A stretch of DNA of 32,201 bases, taken from positions 1 to 32,201 of the IMG/VR virus record IMGVR_UViG_3300025277_000083. One strand, given 5' to 3'. The notes beneath the pieces were generated by a model. The model did no database searches, was not told the DNA's origin, and saw nothing but the letters and a program-made list of their open reading frames with translations. Made by a program: the position numbers and the translations under genes. Shown in pieces: positions 26,485 to 32,201 of the stretch (within the stretch, counting starts at the first letter, position 1; every line of letters starts with the position of its first letter). Source of the stretch: a virus. Its lineage: Duplodnaviria > Caudoviricetes.

Positions 26485-26616
26485 TTAAATCTTTTTCCAA
26501 CTATCAGTTAAAGATTCTTCTTTATCTTCATGTTGACAATTATGACAGCCACAACTAGAACAGCTTGAGCCGTTCGAGCAATGACAACCGTGTTGACAAT
26601 TTTTACATTGACTCAT
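26485..26616 (-). CDS. 43-aa metallothionein-like Cys/His-rich peptide (not in the ORF track)
   Basis: My translation is MSQCKNCQHGCHCSNGSSCSSCGCHNCQHEDKEESLTDSWKKI, with 8 Cys and 4 His in the first 29 aa arranged as CxxC and CxC. Confidence 0.7.
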   Translation of the reverse strand: MSQCKNCQHGCHCSNGSSCSSCGCHNCQHEDKEESLTDSWKKI

Positions 26617-26627
26617 ATTATTTATTC

Positions 26628-26786
26628 TTAATCATCATTGTATGAACTGTCCCAGTTGTCTTTGGGTTTCTTTATTGTTTCCGGTAGTTTTACTGCATCG
26701 CCACCTATTGTTACAGATGGTGCATCAAACTCTGGATAGGGAATATCAAACCCTTTTTTTATTTCTGTCTGTTCGTTGTCTTTCAT
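26628..26786 (-). CDS. Small acidic hypothetical protein (start revised from 26819 to 26786)
   Basis: SD TAGGAG lies just before the ATG of MKDNEQ. Confidence 0.6.
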   Translation of the reverse strand: MKDNEQTEIKKGFDIPYPEFDAPSVTIGGDAVKLPETIKKPKDNWDSSYNDD

Positions 26787-26829
26787 AAAGTCTCCTATTA
26801 TACCAAATAAAAGGGGCACTTACAAGGTA

Positions 26830-28059
26830 TTAGTTCCATTGTACCCACTCAGATTTTGGCTTTTTTGCTAGTGTTTGTTCAGAAATTACAGGTAATTGGA
26901 AAGTTATACCATACTTAGGGTGTGTAAACCATAAGGCTTGGCGTGGCTCTTCAAAAGAAAACCTGTTACTCATTGCATACTCATCATAACCTTTAAGAGA
27001 TCCATTAACGATGATACCTTTTAAAGATAAATACTGATGCCAATGTCCCATGATAACATAATCAATCGGCTTCTTGTGTGTAGCATATTCGTTCTTTACC
27101 TTAGCAACTCCTCTAGCAATCGGTCCTAACATGCCAACTACTCCACTGCCCCCCTTAACTCCTAGCCTATCACCATGTGTTAATAAATAATTAACATCAT
27201 ATATTTTGTAGTAAGCATCAAAGCCAAAAGGTATTTGAAATTGTACTCTATTGTCTTTAGCATTAGTGTAATGTTTCTCAAGCATAGTGTATAGCATCCA
27301 GTCAAAGCTAGTAGCCGCTGCTTGTTTGTGTCTATATTGTCTAAACATTCTGCCGTGATTACCAAAAGCACAAGGTACAAATACTCTACCAAAAGTATCT
27401 GCTAATGAATTGATTGCCCATGTTAGATGATCGAACAATTCTAATACGTGCTCAATGTTAGTACCATCATTCGTTTCTGCAAGTTCTTCGTGTATGTGTC
27501 CAGATATCATGTCTCCACCTAAACATAGAACAATGCCAGGATACTTAGGATTGACCATGTGATTAGTACATAAATCTATAGTAGATTCTATAGTAGATTT
27601 AAGTCTAGCCTTAGCTATAGCTCTATCGTATGAGTTTAAATTGTTAACCTCATCTGGATTAACTACCTCACCCCAATGTAAATCAGATAAGAATAATGTA
27701 GGTACACCAGGTGCTCCGTGTGCTGGAGAACTTTTCTTTAACCACTTAGGTGGTTTGGCATTACGATTGTGTAGTTTAAATACTGTCTTTCTTATTTGTT
27801 CTGCTGTAATATTATCTAAAGCCAGTTCTTTTACTTGTTTCTTTAGCTCTGATATTTGCATATCATATAGAATCTTTTGCTCTACTAAGGCCGCCGCAGT
27901 ATCGGGGGCATTTACATTTGGTGCAATGCCTTCTCGTTCTGCTGTATCTAATCTGCCTAGTAATGTAGTACGTGGTATGCCTAAGTTCTTTGCCGCTTCT
28001 GCTTTATTACCTTTGGCTAGCACTACTGCATTAACTGCTTCTTGTATTTTGTCTATCAT
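26830..28059 (-). CDS. HTH + coiled-coil + calcineurin-like metallophosphoesterase
   Basis: N-terminal Fis-like HTH (GNKAEAAKNLGIPRTTL) and the full motif set SDLH, GGDM, GNHGR, THGD and GHWH. SD AGGAG. Confidence 0.88.
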   Translation of the reverse strand: MIDKIQEAVNAVVLAKGNKAEAAKNLGIPRTTLLGRLDTAEREGIAPNVNAPDTAAALVEQKILYDMQISELKKQVKELALDNITAEQIRKTVFKLHNRNAKPPKWLKKSSPAHGAPGVPTLFLSDLHWGEVVNPDEVNNLNSYDRAIAKARLKSTIESTIDLCTNHMVNPKYPGIVLCLGGDMISGHIHEELAETNDGTNIEHVLELFDHLTWAINSLADTFGRVFVPCAFGNHGRMFRQYRHKQAAATSFDWMLYTMLEKHYTNAKDNRVQFQIPFGFDAYYKIYDVNYLLTHGDRLGVKGGSGVVGMLGPIARGVAKVKNEYATHKKPIDYVIMGHWHQYLSLKGIIVNGSLKGYDEYAMSNRFSFEEPRQALWFTHPKYGITFQLPVISEQTLAKKPKSEWVQWN

Positions 28060-28074
28060 ATATGTTCTCCTATA

Positions 28075-28458
28075 TTATTTTTTAGCATCAGAATCATTTA
28101 CTATTCTGTCGAAACAATCTACAACCGCACCTTCTGGTGCACTTTTTAAAGTTCCGTCTTCATGATACGCAGGTGCTATAACTCTGTATACCATTTCTTG
28201 TGGAGGGTCAGATGGTATAAATACACCAGACCATTCTCCAGTTCTTTCGTAGCGTCTTATCTCAGCTAGATCGCTCTTCGCATCTAAGTAAGTTCTATAA
28301 TGTTGTGCGTGATCTTTGTCTCTCTGTCCTAACCTGCGTGACAACCTGTAAGCAACAGACATAGCTTCTGTTTTATCCTTCTTCCATTTGTCCAATGTTT
28401 CTTGATCTACTTTTTCTGGCGGCTTACTTGATGATGGGTAGTTCGGGTGGTACTTCAT
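28075..28458 (-). CDS. Hypothetical protein (start revised from 28506 to 28458)
   Basis: SD CAGGAG precedes MKYHPNY. The longer start falls within the predicted structured leader. Confidence 0.65.
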   Translation of the reverse strand: MKYHPNYPSSSKPPEKVDQETLDKWKKDKTEAMSVAYRLSRRLGQRDKDHAQHYRTYLDAKSDLAEIRRYERTGEWSGVFIPSDPPQEMVYRVIAPAYHEDGTLKSAPEGAVVDCFDRIVNDSDAKK

Positions 28459-28534
28459 ATGTTCTCCTGTAAAAGCTAGGGGCAAACCAAAATTATTACA
28501 TTTCAATTCGCCCCTTGTGCCCCCCTAATTGCAT

Positions 28535-28563
28535 ATTATACACTAGGAGGGGCGTTAAGTCAA
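28535..28563 (-). promoter_or_regulatory. Sigma70-type promoter for the phosphoesterase/small-ORF/holin operon
   Basis: On the minus strand: TTGACT (28563-28558), 17-bp spacer, TATAAT (28540-28535). Confidence 0.85.
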
Positions 28564-28566
28564 GGG

Positions 28567-30489
28567 TTAATTTGACGATATGTCAACTATTTCACATACT
28601 CCAGAACTGCAGGCTAACTCCTGTGATCCCGTTGTATTGTCTTCCTCTTCATAGTTGCTTAGTTCTGCCCAATCTATATTTTGTGGCATCGATTTAATTG
28701 CTTCAAGATATTCCTCTCTATTAATATCTTGGTATGGTGCTTGTTGATAAACGTGTTCAGAATGTGGCAAGAAACTAACACCAGATATCTCATCAAAATA
28801 TTTGTATACCCAAGCGCCTACATCTAACCACTCATGTTCTCTCACTGATACTGTGCACGAAGGTTTGTGTTCACACCAATATCTTTGATACATTAGCCAC
28901 GTTTCTAATTGATCGATAGCTGTTAAATCATTTCTAGTTATACAACCATCTGGTGCTTTCATAGGAAAAGAAAACACAACTACTGAATCTGGTTTAGTTA
29001 TATCTGGTTCATGTGGCATACCTTTCTCAATCATTAAGGTTGTTAAAGGATCTTTCTTATCACCACGTACTGTACGTATATAGTATTGACTGTGTCTGCT
29101 ATGAATACCAGAAGCACTATCAACTAATTGACTAACAGTACCAGATGGTTTAACACAAGTGATAGCTGTTGATTGTGGTATGCCTAACTTCTTAGCAAAC
29201 TCTTTATTAGTATCAACTGCTTCTTTGCGTAGACGCATCAAGAATTCTTTCTTAGGATTACTAGTAAGTTGATTGTCCATAATACCTGTTAGTGATACAC
29301 CTAACAATCTTTCTTCCTCTGTATTCTGTATCCATTGTTTACGTAGATATTTAAAATCAGTAAAGGTAGATTGAAATGTGCCAAGTATAGTTGCGGCTCT
29401 TACTTTAGCTAAGAGATCTTTCTCACTATCAGTTGCACGGATAACTACCTCTGTAAGATTACAGAATTGATATGGTCGTAGTATAATTTCTGAGCAAGGG
29501 TTAGTACCAAAGTCCCATTCAATATCTCTTCTACCATTCTCAGATGCTTTATTTTTGGCGGCTTGCCTATTAAAAATGCCCCGCTCACCAGACTTAGAAT
29601 CATATAAACTCTTCCACTCATTAATAAATACTGACATATCTGGCTTAGAAGTATAGGCCGCTGAGTTATTAGAGAGGGCACGTTGGCCTTCATCTATCCA
29701 CCATTGACCAGTCTTAGCTCCGCGCATTCGATCATCTTGTAAGTTACTAAGAGATATTAAAGCAGATCTTCTTACGCCCCCTACTACTACAACCTCACCT
29801 ACCTTACAAACAACATCATGACATTCTAAAGAGTTAAGTCTTCTACCTATTGCATTCTTAAATGTTTTAATTGTAAACTCAAATAAATTTATTAAAGGTT
29901 GAGGACCACTAGCTCTGCCCCCAAAAGTTTTTAATCTGGAACCAGCAGGACGTACACGAGATACATCTATCTTTGGAATTTGTCCAGAGTATAACATAGC
30001 AATCAGTTCTCTAAACGATCTTGCCCAACCTGCTTTACTATCTTGTACTACAATTATTGTATCACTCTCTTCAAACTCTTCTGCAATGGTGGGCAACTTC
30101 TCTATGTTGCTACGCTCTACTGAAAAGCCTACACCTGTACCACATAAAAGAATATACATAACTTCATCAAAAGATCTAACATGATCTATTGGAATGTAAC
30201 TACAATTATATCCAGCAGTGTGGTCTCTATCTAATGCAGGCCCAGCAGTCATCAATGCTCTCATTGACGGCATGACTTGTAATGATAATATGGAGTTGGT
30301 TAGTTCTGATTTTATTTTAGAATTTAATTTATACTTAAAGTTATTGTCTAAGTTATCTGCTACAAAATCTACATAACGAGTCACAGTTTCTGGCCACGAC
30401 TCTCTTCTCTTTTCATCATCTATAAAACGTGCATACCTAGAGGTATGTATAAATTGTTGGTATTCAGTAGGCAGATAATTATTGGTCAT
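28567..30489 (-). CDS. nrdJ: Class II (adenosylcobalamin-dependent) ribonucleotide reductase
   Basis: 640 aa with PSMRA, YNCSY, GTGVGFSV, TNPCSEI, QFCNLTEV, TCVKPSGT and a C-terminal ACSSGVCE. No adjacent beta subunit. Confidence 0.93.
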   Translation of the reverse strand: MTNNYLPTEYQQFIHTSRYARFIDDEKRRESWPETVTRYVDFVADNLDNNFKYKLNSKIKSELTNSILSLQVMPSMRALMTAGPALDRDHTAGYNCSYIPIDHVRSFDEVMYILLCGTGVGFSVERSNIEKLPTIAEEFEESDTIIVVQDSKAGWARSFRELIAMLYSGQIPKIDVSRVRPAGSRLKTFGGRASGPQPLINLFEFTIKTFKNAIGRRLNSLECHDVVCKVGEVVVVGGVRRSALISLSNLQDDRMRGAKTGQWWIDEGQRALSNNSAAYTSKPDMSVFINEWKSLYDSKSGERGIFNRQAAKNKASENGRRDIEWDFGTNPCSEIILRPYQFCNLTEVVIRATDSEKDLLAKVRAATILGTFQSTFTDFKYLRKQWIQNTEEERLLGVSLTGIMDNQLTSNPKKEFLMRLRKEAVDTNKEFAKKLGIPQSTAITCVKPSGTVSQLVDSASGIHSRHSQYYIRTVRGDKKDPLTTLMIEKGMPHEPDITKPDSVVVFSFPMKAPDGCITRNDLTAIDQLETWLMYQRYWCEHKPSCTVSVREHEWLDVGAWVYKYFDEISGVSFLPHSEHVYQQAPYQDINREEYLEAIKSMPQNIDWAELSNYEEEDNTTGSQELACSSGVCEIVDISSN

Positions 30490-30531
30490 TAGAGTTCCTC
30501 TAGTTAGATTGTGTTAATGTGATGAAAGTAC

Positions 30532-30560
30532 ATTATAACATATTGGTGAAGATCTGTCCA
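30532..30560 (-). promoter_or_regulatory. Sigma70-type promoter with extended -10 upstream of nrdJ
   Basis: On the minus strand: TGGACA (30560-30555), 17-bp spacer, TATAAT (30537-30532), in the context TGtTATAAT. Confidence 0.7.
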
Positions 30561-30565
30561 CAACA

Positions 30566-31048
30566 TTATGCAAATGTCCTTAAATATAATGTAGATAAGT
30601 CTTGCTTATAGATGTCATCTAGCTCATCTATAATAACTCCTTTTGTTTTAGGATTTAAAAACTTACATACTTGTACCATTATTATATTAGTATCTGGATA
30701 TAGGTGTTGTACTATAGGCCTATATAGATAACGAAGCTGTACCTCTGCTACTTTTCTAGATTTTAATTTACATTCTAATATAATCAAATCCTTTACATCT
30801 CCATGTGGTAAAATTAATATGTCAGATTGGCAGTAACCTACTCCTCTTCTGTCTTCATACTGATACCATTGTCCATGCAATACATTCTCCGCACCATAGA
30901 TAGCTTTCATATAGTTAGCTACTCTGTTTTCATAAAGTACGCCAGCTCTCTTCACGCCTGTTAACCTTGGAGAGGGTATGAACACAGGACGTTCATCGAG
31001 AGCTTTCGCCCATCGCAACTTACTGATTACTAAGCGTCTTTTCGACAT
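30566..31048 (-). CDS. PD-(D/E)XK-family nuclease (resolvase-like)
   Basis: 160 aa with G..YE...QSDILI...IILECKL...QL..LY, matching the E...D...ExK catalytic pattern. Confidence 0.7.
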   Translation of the reverse strand: MSKRRLVISKLRWAKALDERPVFIPSPRLTGVKRAGVLYENRVANYMKAIYGAENVLHGQWYQYEDRRGVGYCQSDILILPHGDVKDLIILECKLKSRKVAEVQLRYLYRPIVQHLYPDTNIIMVQVCKFLNPKTKGVIIDELDDIYKQDLSTLYLRTFA

Positions 31049-32201
31049 GGAAAAACCACATTCCCTTCGACTTTTATATAACCAGAATCTTCCATAGCCT
31101 TGATGGTTTGTTCTAACTCACCAGGATTTGGAATCTTTCGTAGCAATTCTCTTTTAAATAATTTCAAAAGCATATGACTTCTGCCATTATTAAATAGTGT
31201 ACCATGTAACCACGTTACCATATCATGTGCAATACGACCTGTTCTTCCCATACCAAAACCTTCTAAAGCTTTAGGCATTTGTTTCTCTGCCGCAAATAAT
31301 AATTCTTTTGTAAACTCCCAGTCTTCTAACATAATCTTACGAGTGCTTCTACGTGAAGCAGATACTGCAATAGCAATCTTAATGAAGTGAGATACTCTAC
31401 GTTGCACATACTCTGATAGATGATTATCAGTAGGCTCTGGTGGTATACCAGCCTTGATGTCTTCATCAACAATCTTAAATGCATCTTCATCAAAAGTCAT
31501 TGGCCCATACATCTTAGCTATGTCTGCTAAATCCTCACGCAAATTATTGACTGTATTGTCGCTAACTCTTTCTTGTACTAATGATTGAGGTATGCGATCA
31601 CCATCATAATAGATAGGCAACATACGAGATAACAGTCCTTGAGATCGTGCATCTTCTGGTAAATTATCTACAAATTGTTCTGGTGTAGCACAAGCTAGCC
31701 AATTAAGACAAGGCCCTTTAATTATGTATTCGCCAGATGTCTTAGTCTTGTGGCTGTACTCAGCCTTAGAATCCCACATATCTGTCATAAACATTTGCAG
31801 ATATCTTTCATGTCTGCCCATAAATGTACCAAACTCTGATGTTACTAAAGTCACAGATGAATCATAGAACTCATCCATTGCAGGAGTAGATAGACGCAGA
31901 TCCAATCTAGTAATCTTAGTCATGTCTACTGCTAATTTTTCTGGTGTGATTCTATCTTGTACTACATACAAAGGATAATTACGTAAGCCATACTGATCTA
32001 ATCCAGAGTTAAAGTTCTGATCATCTTCAGTAGTACCTACTGGTGTAGTTAGTCTGCTGAATACTTTTGTGAATGGTAAAATCAAACTTACTGATTTGTT
32101 TCTACCAGGTGGTGCAATTAAAACTATAAAGTTGTTAGATCTAATATCATAGTTAGCCATTGAGTACCACACACGTCTACCCATGGCTCCAGCTACAGCA
32201 C
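31030..32201 (-). CDS. DUF3987-like P-loop NTPase (putative replication helicase domain), 5'-truncated by the window edge
   Basis: Walker A-like IAPPGRNKS, ITPEKL, Walker B-like LVTSEFG, and GLLSR. The frame stays open to the window end. Confidence 0.7.
   Translation of the reverse strand, partial: AVAGAMGRRVWYSMANYDIRSNNFIVLIAPPGRNKSVSLILPFTKVFSRLTTPVGTTEDDQNFNSGLDQYGLRNYPLYVVQDRITPEKLAVDMTKITRLDLRLSTPAMDEFYDSSVTLVTSEFGTFMGRHERYLQMFMTDMWDSKAEYSHKTKTSGEYIIKGPCLNWLACATPEQFVDNLPEDARSQGLLSRMLPIYYDGDRIPQSLVQERVSDNTVNNLREDLADIAKMYGPMTFDEDAFKIVDEDIKAGIPPEPTDNHLSEYVQRRVSHFIKIAIAVSASRRSTRKIMLEDWEFTKELLFAAEKQMPKALEGFGMGRTGRIAHDMVTWLHGTLFNNGRSHMLLKLFKRELLRKIPNPGELEQTIKAMEDSGYIKVEGNVVFPCRKDA

Noticed and set aside
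1155-29693. Numerous short alternative-frame and antisense ORFs in the track (e.g. 1155-1388, 4558-4974, 8508-8750, 16638-16994, 18303-18635, 27641-28165, 28515-28697)
   Set aside because: They lie within or opposite longer genes with recognisable motifs, lack SD sequences, and read as shadows of the sense-strand codon bias.
1-32201. Alternative genetic code, tRNA genes, introns/inteins, integrase or att sites
   Set aside because: Genes tile densely under the standard code, intergenic gaps show no cloverleaf, nrdJ and the capsid gene are uninterrupted, and no recombinase motif was seen.

Overview
AT-rich window from a tailed dsDNA phage (Caudoviricetes), most likely a short-tailed podovirus-like phage of the kind common in marine metagenomes (inferred from gene content, no database search was run). 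The + strand (1-25614) is the virion module: capsid decoration protein, Mu gpT-like major capsid protein, two head-tail adaptor-like proteins, a repeat-rich tail fibre with a peptidase S74 chaperone, a tail tubular/stabilisation protein, three putative ejection proteins and a 2921-aa polyvalent protein. The giant protein carries lysozyme-like, HExxH metallopeptidase-like, ADP-ribosyltransferase-like and PLxRFG-like motifs. The - strand (32201-25611) carries a DUF3987-like NTPase, a PD-(D/E)XK nuclease, a class II ribonucleotide reductase, an HTH-metallophosphoesterase, several small ORFs missed by the ORF track (one metallothionein-like) and a holin-like protein. The non-coding highlights are a multi-pseudoknot RNA candidate directly after the capsid gene (probably Mu-gpT-DE-like), three near-consensus sigma70 promoters (one apparently leaderless), a leader RNA with alternative folds, and an apparent excess of the hexamer GGGGCA that clusters at the regulatory sites. 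No tRNA, CRISPR array, integrase, reverse transcriptase, terminase or portal was seen.
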